A program made the translations under genes and the position numbers. A DNA stretch of 35,657 nucleotides from Candidatus Limnocylindrales bacterium (GTDB lineage Bacteria > Chloroflexota > Limnocylindria > Limnocylindrales > CSP1-4), in NCBI GenBank assembly GCA_038322255.1, contig JBBQFS010000003.1, positions 1 to 35,657 of the forward strand, in the 5' to 3' direction. Shown here in pieces: positions 1-10,385 of the stretch; position 1 is the stretch's first letter; each line of letters opens with the position of its first letter. The notes below the pieces were generated by a model that was given only the letters and a program-made list of their open reading frames with translations, did not search any database and was not told where the DNA came from.

Positions 1-531
1 GAGCAGCACGGCGGGCTTGTTCACCAGGGCTCGCGCCAGGGCGACCCGCTGCGCCTGGCCGCCGGAGATCTGACTGGGCTTGCGCCGCTCGTAGCCGGGA
101 AGCTCCACCAGGTCCAGCATCTCGCCGACCCGCCGCTTCACCTCGGCGTCGCTGACCTTCTTCCGCCGAAGGCCGAACGCCACGTTCTCGTAGATCGTCA
201 GGTGCGGGAAGAGAGCGTAGTTCTGGAAGACCGTGTTGACGTTTCGGCGGTACGCCGGCAGCCAGGTGACGTCCTCGCCCTCCAGCTCGATCGAGCCCTC
301 GGTCGGCTGTTCGAAACCGCCGATCATCCGCAACGTCGTGGTCTTGCCGCAGCCGCTGGGACCGAGGAGGCTGAAGAACTCGCCCTCGTTGACCTCGAGG
401 TTGATGTGGTCGACGGCGAAGAAGCCTTCGTCAGGGTTCGCGCCCTCGACGTACCCGGCGACCCGCCGGCCCACGGCGTCGCCCCCGAATCGCTTCGTGA
501 GCTGAACAAGCCGGACCGCGACGTCAGCCAC
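1..531 (-). CDS. potA: Polyamine (spermidine/putrescine) ABC transporter ATP-binding protein, 5' part (runs off the left edge)
   Basis: Not in the ORF track; translated by hand from GTG at 531: [15 protein letters not shown]...[28 protein letters not shown]...[19 protein letters not shown]...[23 protein letters not shown]. Has Walker A, Q-loop and ABC signature. SD AGGAGGAG on the minus strand at 543-550. Confidence 0.85.
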   Translation of the reverse strand, partial: MADVAVRLVQLTKRFGGDAVGRRVAGYVEGANPDEGFFAVDHINLEVNEGEFFSLLGPSGCGKTTTLRMIGGFEQPTEGSIELEGEDVTWLPAYRRNVNTVFQNYALFPHLTIYENVAFGLRRKKVSDAEVKRRVGEMLDLVELPGYERRKPSQISGGQAQRVALARALVNKPAVLL

Positions 532-599
532 CCGGGCGGGCTCTCCTCCTACCGGGTAACCCCGCTGACCGCCTGCGGTGCGGTCGCTCCCGTGGCGGG

Positions 600-629
600 A
601 GGATAGGCACCGTCGACAAACGGTGTCAA
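600..629 (-). promoter_or_regulatory. Sigma70-type promoter for potA
   Basis: Minus strand TTGACA (629-624), 18-nt spacer, TATCCT (605-600). Confidence 0.6.
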
Positions 630-632
630 TCG

Positions 633-708
633 ACGGAATCCCGTGGGATGCTCGCGCGCGACGCTGCGGAAATCGCACACAACTCGCCAGAACGGTGCGA
701 AATCCATC
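633..708. promoter_or_regulatory. Three phased imperfect palindromes, putative transcription-factor sites
   Basis: ACGGAATCCCGT (633-644), TGCGGAAATCGCA (665-677) and TGCGAAATCCATC (696-708), about 31-32 bp apart, just upstream of the potA -35. Confidence 0.45.
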
Positions 709-916
709 GCGTCGCTCCCCGTCGTCAAGCCAAGCTCCAACGAACGCCAACCATGATCTGATTTCGGACCGCTCGTCGCGATCCGGTCGTTCATGACCCC
801 GCGAATCGTTCATAGCGCGCATCCGGCGAGGCGCGGCTACGATTATCGACGCAAAACCGTCAGAAACCCCCAAGCCAGTCCGACATCGAAACCCACCTCG
901 CCCGAGGGACACCCCC

Positions 917-1996
917 ATGATGCAGATCACTGAAGCGGCCGTCATGGACGCGCTGCGGCAGGTCCAGGAGCCGGAGCTCGGCGGCGACCTCGTGACCCGG
1001 AACATGATCCGGGACCTCACCATCGATGGCGCGAACGTCGCCTTCCAGATCGAGCTGACGACCCCGGCCTGTCCCCTCAAGGACGAGATCGAGACGCGCG
1101 TCCATGCGGCCCTCGACCCGATCGGGGTCGAGTCGGTGGAGCTGACGTGGGGCGCGAGCGTTCGGCGGGCCGCGCCGCGAACGGCCGAGCAACTGCTCCC
1201 GGGCGTCAAGAACGTCCTCGCGGTCGCGTCCGGCAAGGGCGGCGTCGGCAAGAGCACGGTCGCGGTGAATCTCGCGGTTGCCCTGGCCCGCGACGGCGCC
1301 TCGGTCGGGCTGCTCGACGCCGACATCACGGGCCCGAACGTGCCGCTGATGCTCGGTCTCGAAGGCCAGCCAACGCGGAGCGAGGACAACAAGATCGTGC
1401 CGTTGGTCAGGCACGGCGTGAAGGCCATCTCGATCCAGTTCTTCGTGCCGGCGGGGCAGCCGATCATCTGGCGCGGCCCGCTCGTCGGCGGCGCGATCAC
1501 CCAGTTCCTTCGCGACGTCGACTGGGGCGAGCTCGACTACCTGGTGATCGACCTCCCGCCGGGCACCTCGGACGCCCAGCTCACGCTGGCGCAGGCCGTG
1601 CCGGTGTCCGGTGCCGTCCTCGTGACGACGCCCCAGGAGGTCTCGCTGCTCGACGTCGAGAAGGCCCTCGCCATGTTCAAGCGCATGAGCGTGCCGGTCC
1701 TCGGCCTCGTCGAGAACATGACGGCCTTCATCTGCCCGCATTGCGGCGAGGCCACCGAGATCTTCGGCCGCGGCGGCGGCGAGCGATTCGCGCTGGAGCA
1801 CCAGCTCGAATACCTCGGCGGCGTGCCGCTCGACATCACCGTCCGCCAGGGCGGCGACGTCGGTGTCCCGGCCGTCGCCCAACGCGAGCCGGGACCCGCT
1901 GCGCGAGCCCTGTCCGATATCGCCCGGACCGTGGCGGCGCGGATGAGCGTTCGTGCCGCCGCGGCGGCGGCTCAGCCGGTCCTGACGGTCTCGTAG
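917..1996 (+). CDS. mrp: Mrp/NBP35 (ApbC) Fe-S cluster carrier ATPase with N-terminal DUF59/FeS-assembly domain
   Basis: VQEPEL..LTTPACP DUF59 motif, deviant Walker [39 protein letters not shown]. Confidence 0.95.
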   Translation: MMQITEAAVMDALRQVQEPELGGDLVTRNMIRDLTIDGANVAFQIELTTPACPLKDEIETRVHAALDPIGVESVELTWGASVRRAAPRTAEQLLPGVKNVLAVASGKGGVGKSTVAVNLAVALARDGASVGLLDADITGPNVPLMLGLEGQPTRSEDNKIVPLVRHGVKAISIQFFVPAGQPIIWRGPLVGGAITQFLRDVDWGELDYLVIDLPPGTSDAQLTLAQAVPVSGAVLVTTPQEVSLLDVEKALAMFKRMSVPVLGLVENMTAFICPHCGEATEIFGRGGGERFALEHQLEYLGGVPLDITVRQGGDVGVPAVAQREPGPAARALSDIARTVAARMSVRAAAAAAQPVLTVS

Positions 1997-2808
1997 CCGG
2001 TCGCAGGCCCGGTCGTCGGCCCAGTCTCACGGCCGACGATCCGGACCTTGCCGGGCTCGACGTCAACGACCATCCCGGGCAGCGCCGGCTCGACCGGGAC
2101 GCCCGAGGCCGCGCACTGCGCGGCGATGATGCCCCGGCGCTCCGAGTGATAGTGGACGAGCAGTCCCTTGGCCACCTTGGCGCGACGGACGTGGTCGATG
2201 GCCTCGGCCGTGTCGAGGTGGCCGCGGCGGGCGTCGTCGGTCGAGCCTGATTCGAGCGTCGCCTCGAGGATCAGCAGCTCGGCGTTCCGAGCGAGCGCGA
2301 TGACGTCGTCCGATGGGCCCATGTCGCCCGCATAGATCACCCGCTCGCCGGCTGGCCCGGTGATGTCCATCGACCACGCCGGTACGTAATGCCCCACGGC
2401 CTGGGGCCGGATGGTCAGCGCTCCGATGTCGATGCGCTGGCCGCTCTCGTACTCGGTGATGGCGAAGGCGGGCTCGAAGAAGCCCGGTCGCTCGTTGATC
2501 GCGGCGGCAAGGTGGTCGAGCTTGTCGCGGCCGCCGGGCGGCAGGAAGAGCGGGAGCGGCCGTGGGGCGGGCTCAGCCCAGGGGAAGCGATAGCGCAGCG
2601 GCCCGATGTCGATCCAGTGATCCGCGTGGAAATGCCCGACGACCAGCCCAGACAGGTTCGCGGCATCCATCCGCGCCTCGACCTGGGAGGCGATGCCACT
2701 GCCGATATCGAACAGGACGGCGGTCTCGCCGGACTCAACGAGCACGCCCGATTGGGCGCTGTCGCCGGTTGGCCGCGCGGTTCCCGTGCCGAGGATGGTC
2801 AGGCGCAT
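1972..2808 (-). CDS. MBL-fold metallo-hydrolase (RNase Z-like / YhfI-type phosphodiesterase)
   Basis: Starts MRLTILGTG at ATG 2808 with SD GGAGA. Motifs HFHADH, GH, YAGDMG, LEAT, GHL, VHY. Confidence 0.85.
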   Translation of the reverse strand: MRLTILGTGTARPTGDSAQSGVLVESGETAVLFDIGSGIASQVEARMDAANLSGLVVGHFHADHWIDIGPLRYRFPWAEPAPRPLPLFLPPGGRDKLDHLAAAINERPGFFEPAFAITEYESGQRIDIGALTIRPQAVGHYVPAWSMDITGPAGERVIYAGDMGPSDDVIALARNAELLILEATLESGSTDDARRGHLDTAEAIDHVRRAKVAKGLLVHYHSERRGIIAAQCAASGVPVEPALPGMVVDVEPGKVRIVGRETGPTTGPATGYETVRTG

Positions 2809-2878
2809 GTGTTCTCCAGGCGAGGTGCAGCCGACACGGTAGCGGGTCGGCTTGGCGGACGTGGCAGCCCGCGGGGGG

Positions 2879-4072
2879 TCAGCCCAGGCGCGACAGCAGG
2901 ATCGCGGCGGCCGCGATCGCGGCGCGACTTCGGCCGAGCGAACCGCCAAGGAAGACGACCCGGGTCTCGCGATGGGAGCCCTCGGGGGTGATGAGGGCGA
3001 CCGTCACGGCGGTGTCGCCGCCCCGCTCCCGGGCCTCGACCGCGATGCCAACGTCGGCTTGGCCCAACTCCCGGACGCGGCCGGCCAGGTCGTCGAGGGA
3101 CGCGCGCCGGCCGTCGTGCGGCTGAGGCCGCTTGGTCAGCGACTCCCCGAACGCGAAGCGCTCTGCGAGGCCCTCGCCCAGGAGCGCCACGAGTGCGCCC
3201 CGCAATCCCACCTCGACGGCGGCGAGTCGCCAGCCGCGCCGATCGAGGGCCTCCGCCACGGCAGCGGGCCAGCTCGTGTCGCCCCGCGCCCAGACGTGGC
3301 CGCCGAGCATCTCGACGATGTGGCGCTCGACTCCGGCGACGAGCACGGCGGCCGGTTCCGGCCCGTCATCCGCACCTGTCTCGTCGTGGGCCCAGATGCG
3401 GATGTCGACCGCGTCGGCCCGCGCGTACGTCGCCACGGCGGGCCGGGCACCGGGTTCGAGGAGCGGTCCAAGCCGGGTCGCGATCGCCGATTCGCCGATT
3501 CCGGTCAGCCGGAGCGTGACCGAGGCCATCGGTCGCCCGAGCCCCCGCTCGAGGAGGCGCGGCACGACCCAGCCGTCCCACATCGGGCGCATCTCCCGTG
3601 GTGGTCCCGGCAGGGCCACGACGATCCGGCTGTCCGGCCGGGAGACCCACCAGCCCGGCGCGGTGCCGTTCTCGTTGGGGATGGCCTCGGCCGACGGGAC
3701 GAGCCAGGCCTGCTTCTGGTTGGCCTCGGGGTAGGGCAGCGCTCGGCGCGCGAACAGCTGCCGCAGCCAGGCCTCGAGGACCAGGTCGACCGCCGGGGTC
3801 TCACCCACGAGCCCCGCGATGGCCTCGCGAGTGAGGTCATCTGGCGTCGGGCCGAGCCCACCCGTCGAGACGACCAGATCGGCTCGGTCGAGCGCTCCGC
3901 CGAACGCCCGCGTGACCGTGGCCAGCTCATCGGGCAGGGCGGTGATGCGGCCGACGACGACGCCGTGACGGGTAAGGTCGCGGGCCAGGTCGCCGGCGTT
4001 CGTGTCGCGGGTCTCGCCGACCGTCAGCTCCGTCCCGATCGAGAGCAGCTCAGCCGTCCGGATCGGGTCCAT
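2879..4072 (-). CDS. cinA: CinA-family protein (MoCF-like pyrophosphatase domain, KH-like domain, degenerate PncC domain)
   Basis: AELLSIGTELTVGETRDTN, GGLGPTPDDLTRE, GTAPG, LPGPPREM, GIGESA. Start at ATG 4072. Confidence 0.85.
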   Translation of the reverse strand: MDPIRTAELLSIGTELTVGETRDTNAGDLARDLTRHGVVVGRITALPDELATVTRAFGGALDRADLVVSTGGLGPTPDDLTREAIAGLVGETPAVDLVLEAWLRQLFARRALPYPEANQKQAWLVPSAEAIPNENGTAPGWWVSRPDSRIVVALPGPPREMRPMWDGWVVPRLLERGLGRPMASVTLRLTGIGESAIATRLGPLLEPGARPAVATYARADAVDIRIWAHDETGADDGPEPAAVLVAGVERHIVEMLGGHVWARGDTSWPAAVAEALDRRGWRLAAVEVGLRGALVALLGEGLAERFAFGESLTKRPQPHDGRRASLDDLAGRVRELGQADVGIAVEARERGGDTAVTVALITPEGSHRETRVVFLGGSLGRSRAAIAAAAILLSRLG

Positions 4073-4186
4073 CGAGGGCGAGAGTACGGGACGTGAGGCT
4101 CCCGCGATGCGGCGGGGCCCGGGTGAACCGGTCGTGCGATCCTGCGCTGCTACCATCGGCCACGTTCCAAACCCCCCGGAGGTCCC

Positions 4187-5047
4187 GTGGACGACGACGG
4201 GTCGAGCATCAGCCCAGGAGCCTCGCCGCCGACGAGCAAGCCCCACTCCGGCGAGCCGCCGGGGCTGCGCGCCCAGGTCGGCGCGACGGTCGAAGCCGTG
4301 AAGCGGCTCTTCCGCGCGCATGTCGACCTGGCGAAGACCGAGCTCGGCGACATCGTCGGGGAGGTCAAGCGGATGGTCGCGCTCGCCGGCCTTGCGCTCG
4401 GCGCCGTAGTCCTCGTCGGCATGCTGCTGGTCATCGGCGGGCTGCTGTTCCTCGGCGAATGGCTCTTCGGCTCGATCGGCTGGGGCGTCCTGCTCGGTAC
4501 CGGGCTCCTGCTCGATGTCGCGGTGGCGGCGCTGCTCCTCGCCCTTGACGTGAAGGGCGCGCGCATTGCGACGTCATTGCTGATCGCGGCGATCATCGCG
4601 GTGGCCGTTGGGCTGGCGCTCGGGCTCGACCTGACGCATCGCGGCTGGGTCGCGCTCGGCGACACCGTTGCGCCGGGGTACGACCCCAACACGCGAACCG
4701 TGCTTCTCGCCGTCGCGGTGTCCGCCATGGTCTTTGGGCTGCTGGGCTTGCTGTCCGGCATCCGGAACGGCCTCGGAAGCGCCATCGGCAGCTTCTTCGT
4801 CGGCGCGGTTGCCGGCGCGCTCATCGGCCTGGTCACGGCCATCAGCATCCCGGCCACGGTCGGCGCGGCCCTCGGCGTGCTCGTCGGGCTCGTTGCCTGG
4901 CCGGTGCTCGCGAGCCTCGACCTCCTGCGGACGGGCATCGACGGCGAGGCCATCATGCGCAAGTTCACGCCAAGCGAAACCATCGGGCTCACGAAGGAGA
5001 CCATCGAGTGGGTGCGCGCACGGACGCCGCTCGTGCCGAAGTCCTAG
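4187..5047 (+). CDS. Multi-pass membrane protein with a YqjE/phage-holin-superfamily-like N-terminus
   Basis: SD GGAGG at 4179-4183. LFRAHVDLAKTEL motif, about 7-8 hydrophobic segments, C-terminal PSETIGLTKETIEW. Confidence 0.6.
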   Translation: MDDDGSSISPGASPPTSKPHSGEPPGLRAQVGATVEAVKRLFRAHVDLAKTELGDIVGEVKRMVALAGLALGAVVLVGMLLVIGGLLFLGEWLFGSIGWGVLLGTGLLLDVAVAALLLALDVKGARIATSLLIAAIIAVAVGLALGLDLTHRGWVALGDTVAPGYDPNTRTVLLAVAVSAMVFGLLGLLSGIRNGLGSAIGSFFVGAVAGALIGLVTAISIPATVGAALGVLVGLVAWPVLASLDLLRTGIDGEAIMRKFTPSETIGLTKETIEWVRARTPLVPKS

Positions 5048-5580
5048 CGGCACGCGCCGAGCTCGACGAGGAGCTGGTCCGGCTGGAGGCAGCCGGTCGC
5101 GCCGCGATCGACATCCCCGCGCGCCTCAAGCGCGAGCCGGCCAAGGTCCTGGGCGCGGCTGGCGGGGCGGCGTTCCTGCTGCTCGGCGGCCCGAAGCGGG
5201 TGTTCAAGGGCCTGCGCCGGGCCGTCAGCGGCCCGAACGCCGACCTGCCGAAGTCGATGCTCCCGCCTGAGGTCGAAAAGACGCTCAAGAAGCTAGGGCC
5301 TGATGGCGAGAAGGTCCGGGGCACGCTCGAGCGCGAGTTCGCCTCGTACCTCGACGAGAAGGCGCCCGAGCGCAAGGAGCGCGACCTCGGGGCGACCTTG
5401 GCGGTGCTCCTGGGCGGCGTGCTCAAGCCCGTCGTCACGCGCGTCGGCAAGCAACTCGCGGAACGCGCCCTCGATCCCGATGGGCCGTCCTTCACCGAGG
5501 GCGTGCGGCGCGCCCGCGAACGAGCGCGGCGGGCCGGCGTGACCCCGCCCCCGGGTGGCTCGGACTCGGCGCCGCTCTGA
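5008..5580 (+). CDS. Hypothetical helical protein, DUF3618-like
   Basis: ARAEVLAARAELDEELVRL followed by one hydrophobic stretch. Overlaps the upstream gene by 40 nt, like actinobacterial holin-like/DUF3618 pairs. Confidence 0.55.
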   Translation: MGARTDAARAEVLAARAELDEELVRLEAAGRAAIDIPARLKREPAKVLGAAGGAAFLLLGGPKRVFKGLRRAVSGPNADLPKSMLPPEVEKTLKKLGPDGEKVRGTLEREFASYLDEKAPERKERDLGATLAVLLGGVLKPVVTRVGKQLAERALDPDGPSFTEGVRRARERARRAGVTPPPGGSDSAPL

Positions 5581-5757
5581 TGCGTCGGCCGGTGCGGTCG
5601 GGCACCGGATTCCCGCCCGCCGAAGCCGTGCTGGCGCTGTAAGAGCCCTGGGCGCCCGAATCTGTTAGGTCGAATTCAAGGTCCGCGGTACTGGCGCGAT
5701 GTACCTTGACCGCGCCGCAGACGCGACGCCGTCGCTGCCCGCAGCGTGGGAGATCCG

Positions 5758-6432
5758 ATGACCCGCCGCCCGATCCTCGCCGGCATCGCCATCGTCGCGC
5801 TCTTGGCAGCGGTCACGCTGCCGGCCCTCGCCGCCGGCCCGGGCGCCAGCCCCGGGCAGTCGGGCAAGCCCGAGAAGTCCGCGCGGGTCGCCAAGGCTGC
5901 TGAGGTCGCGATCACCCTCAAAGGCACGATCGTCCTGACGACCGATACCAGCGGCAGGGAGACGTACACGCTCGCCGACGGTGGCAAGTCCTACACACTC
6001 GAAGCCGGACCGGCGTGGTTCTTCGGCGATAGTTATCCGCTCAAGCCTTTTGTCGGGCAGTCGGTGACGATCGTCGGCGAGGTCGAGGTGGGAGGGACCG
6101 AGGTCGACGTGGAGTCGGTCAACGGGACGGCACTCCGCGCCGTCGGGAAGCCGCCGTGGGCCGGTGGCTGGAAGGTCGTCGGGGAAAAGCATCCGGGCTG
6201 GTCCCAGGAGAAGGCCGACAAGTTCAAGGCCAAGCACGGCGACTGCGCCACGCCGGGGCAATGCAAGGACAAGGCGGGCAAGCCACAGAAGGCCAATGGG
6301 CCGGACGAATCCGAGGGTCCCGAAGCCTCCGACGCGCCAGAGGCCTCGGACGCGCCCAAAGCTCCCGAGACACCGGATTCATCGGACGCGCCCGAGACGT
6401 CCCCCGAGCCCTTCGGGTCCGGCGCCTCGTAA
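5758..6432 (+). CDS. Secreted hypothetical protein: signal peptide, beta-rich (OB-like) domain, acidic low-complexity tail
   Basis: SD GGGAG at 5748-5752. MTRRPILAGIAIVALLAAVTLPALA-A signal peptide. The tail has PEASDA-like repeats. Confidence 0.65.
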   Translation: MTRRPILAGIAIVALLAAVTLPALAAGPGASPGQSGKPEKSARVAKAAEVAITLKGTIVLTTDTSGRETYTLADGGKSYTLEAGPAWFFGDSYPLKPFVGQSVTIVGEVEVGGTEVDVESVNGTALRAVGKPPWAGGWKVVGEKHPGWSQEKADKFKAKHGDCATPGQCKDKAGKPQKANGPDESEGPEASDAPEASDAPKAPETPDSSDAPETSPEPFGSGAS

Positions 6433-6543
6433 CTGCGCTGCCGGCCGCGACGGTCGCAGGGCGGCAATACCGTGATCCCCGCGCTGGCCGCGGCGGCCGC
6501 AGCGGCCGGTTGAAGAGCGCCGCGGATGTGTGAGACTGGGCGC

Positions 6544-6631
6544 GGGCGAGTGGCGGAATGGCAGACGCGCCGGCCTTAGGAGCCGGTGCCCCGCGAGGGG
6601 CGTGAGGGTTCGACCCCCTCCTTGCCCACCA
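6544..6631 (+). tRNA. tRNA-Leu (anticodon TAG)
   Basis: Acceptor stem GGGCGAG/CTTGCCC plus ACCA. Anticodon arm CCGGC-CTTAGGA-GCCGG. Long variable arm GCCCC-GCGA-GGGGC. T arm GAGGG-TTCGACC-CCCTC. Confidence 0.97.
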
Positions 6632-6700
6632 AATGGCCCGGCCGCTGACCCCAACGTCCGAGCGGCCCAGGCGGCAGCCCGCACCTATACTTTCCGAACA

Positions 6701-8125
6701 ATGGAAGTCACTGTCACCCCGGCGCCCCGGAGCTCGGTCAACGTGCGGGTCGAGTTGCCGCCCGAGCGCCTCGACAGCGCGATCTCCGAGGCGGTTCGGC
6801 ACCTCTCGCAGCGGACCAGGATCCACGGCTTCCGGCCGGGGAAAGCGCCACGGGTCGTGGTCGAGCGGGTGGTCGGGAGCGAGGCGCTGCTCGAAGAGGC
6901 GATGGACCATCTCGTCCAGCGCGCCTACCGGGAAGCGCTGACCGAGCAGTCGATCCTGCCGCTGACCCAGGCCGAGGTGAAGGTCGAGCAGGGCGAGGAA
7001 GGCAAGCCGGTCATCTTCACCGCGATCGTGCAGGTCCGGCCCGACGTGAAGCTCGGCGACTACCGGAACTTCAAGTTCAAGCCCGACATCGAGGCGATCG
7101 ATGCGCCCAAGGCCGCCAAGGTCATCGAGGAGCTGCGCGACCAGAACGCGTCGCTCGTGGCGGTGGAGGATCGGGGCGCACGCAACGGCGACTACGCGGT
7201 GATCGGGTACACGGGCACGCGCGAGGGCGTGCCGTTCGAGGGCGGCAGCGCCGAGCGGATGCCGCTGATCCTGGGCGATGAGCGCCTGATCCCGGGCTTC
7301 GAGGCGAACCTCCTCGGGCTGCGTCCCGGCGAAAGCGCCGGCTTCGACATCACGTTCCCCGAGGACTATCCCGAAGCGAGCCTCGCCGGCGTGCTGGTTC
7401 ACTTCGACGCGGAGCTCAAGGAGCTGCGCGAGAAGATCCTGCCGACCGCGGACGACGAATTCGCACGCTCCCTGGGCAGCTTCGCCGACCTCGATGCGCT
7501 GCGGGTCGAGATCAAGGCCCGCCTCGAGCGCAATGCTCTCGACAAGGCGCGCCACGACTTCGCCGACAAGATCATCGAGTACGCCGCGGCCAACGCCACG
7601 CTCGAGCTGCCCGACATCCTGGTCGAGCAGGAGGTCGAGATCATGCACGACGAGCTGCGTGGCTCCCTCGCCCGGCAGGGGATCGAGGAGGAGGCCTACC
7701 TCAAGGTCGGCGGCAAGACCGAGGCGGACTTCCATGCCGACTTCCGGCCGCGCGCCGAGAAGCGGGTCAAAGTCCTGCTCGTCCTGTCAAAGGTGGCGGA
7801 GGAGGAGGGTCTCGAGATCGCCGACCGTGAGGTCGAGGCCGAGGTGCGCCGCGCCCGCGAGCGATATGGCAGCGACAAGCGGACGATGGCCTACTTCGAC
7901 TCCGAGCGCGGTCGCAGCTTCATCCGGAGCACCCTGCGCCGCAGCCGCCTGGTCGAGAAGCTCGTCGACGAGTGGCTGGCGGCCAATCCGGAGCACCCCC
8001 GGCTGCCGCATCTCGAGGAAGACGATGAGCCGGTCTCGCTTGCCGAGACGGAAGCCGACCCCGAAACCGAACCAACGACAGAAGCTGAGTCCGGCGAGCT
8101 GACCGCCGCCGGCCGGCCGGGCTGA
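6701..8125 (+). CDS. tig: Trigger factor
   Basis: Starts MEVTVT at ATG 6701. GFRPGKAP ribosome-binding motif and FKBP domain (FEGG..LIPGFE..FPEDY). Lies between tRNA-Leu and clpP. Confidence 0.95.
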   Translation: MEVTVTPAPRSSVNVRVELPPERLDSAISEAVRHLSQRTRIHGFRPGKAPRVVVERVVGSEALLEEAMDHLVQRAYREALTEQSILPLTQAEVKVEQGEEGKPVIFTAIVQVRPDVKLGDYRNFKFKPDIEAIDAPKAAKVIEELRDQNASLVAVEDRGARNGDYAVIGYTGTREGVPFEGGSAERMPLILGDERLIPGFEANLLGLRPGESAGFDITFPEDYPEASLAGVLVHFDAELKELREKILPTADDEFARSLGSFADLDALRVEIKARLERNALDKARHDFADKIIEYAAANATLELPDILVEQEVEIMHDELRGSLARQGIEEEAYLKVGGKTEADFHADFRPRAEKRVKVLLVLSKVAEEEGLEIADREVEAEVRRARERYGSDKRTMAYFDSERGRSFIRSTLRRSRLVEKLVDEWLAANPEHPRLPHLEEDDEPVSLAETEADPETEPTTEAESGELTAAGRPG

Positions 8126-8184
8126 CGCCGCCCGGCATCCCGACAAGCGCCCCGCCCAACCGCCCACCACAGGAGATCGCCCAC

Positions 8185-8892
<708 letters not shown>

Positions 8893-8893
8893 A

Positions 8894-8912
8894 CCCCGGC
8901 ATCGCGCCGGGG
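8894..8912 (+). other. GC-rich intergenic hairpin between clpP and clpX, no U-tract
   Basis: CCCCGGC-ATCGC-GCCGGGG. Confidence 0.4.
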
Positions 8913-8939
8913 GCGGAATCGGGGAGCCAAGGGGAACAG

Positions 8940-10250
<1,311 letters not shown>

Positions 10251-10385
10251 TCTGCGCCCGTGGCGCCCGCCACCTGGCACCTCCCGCCCGCCCCAATGTC
10301 TGGCCACCCACCCGATGGTTGCCGTCGATCGGCACGATAAGACTCCGGGGGCCGGCCTGATCTGGTGAGGCCGATGCGGCCTCTA

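Noticed and set aside
860-1882. 340-aa antisense ORF, and similar long shadow ORFs (6224-7735, 11985-14450, 21804-23378, 23618-25201, 25225-26502, 27941-30265, 31271-32770, 33725-35545)
   Set aside because: They lie opposite well-supported genes, have no recognisable motifs, and are expected from high-GC codon bias.
4187-5047. Holin-like gene as evidence of a prophage
   Set aside because: No endolysin, structural or replication phage genes in the window.
6544-6631. tRNA-Leu as an integration site for an island or prophage
   Set aside because: No integrase, no duplicated tRNA 3' end seen, and tRNA-Leu-tig-clpP-clpX is an ordinary core arrangement.
6530-6700. N-terminal extension of the tig ORF
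   Set aside because: It reads through the tRNA-Leu gene; homology begins at ATG 6701.
10251-10385. Possible sRNA or intrinsic terminator between clpX and the GGDEF gene
   Set aside because: Only short GC hairpins (for example GAGGCCG-ATG-CGGCCTC) with no U-tract or recognisable RNA family features.
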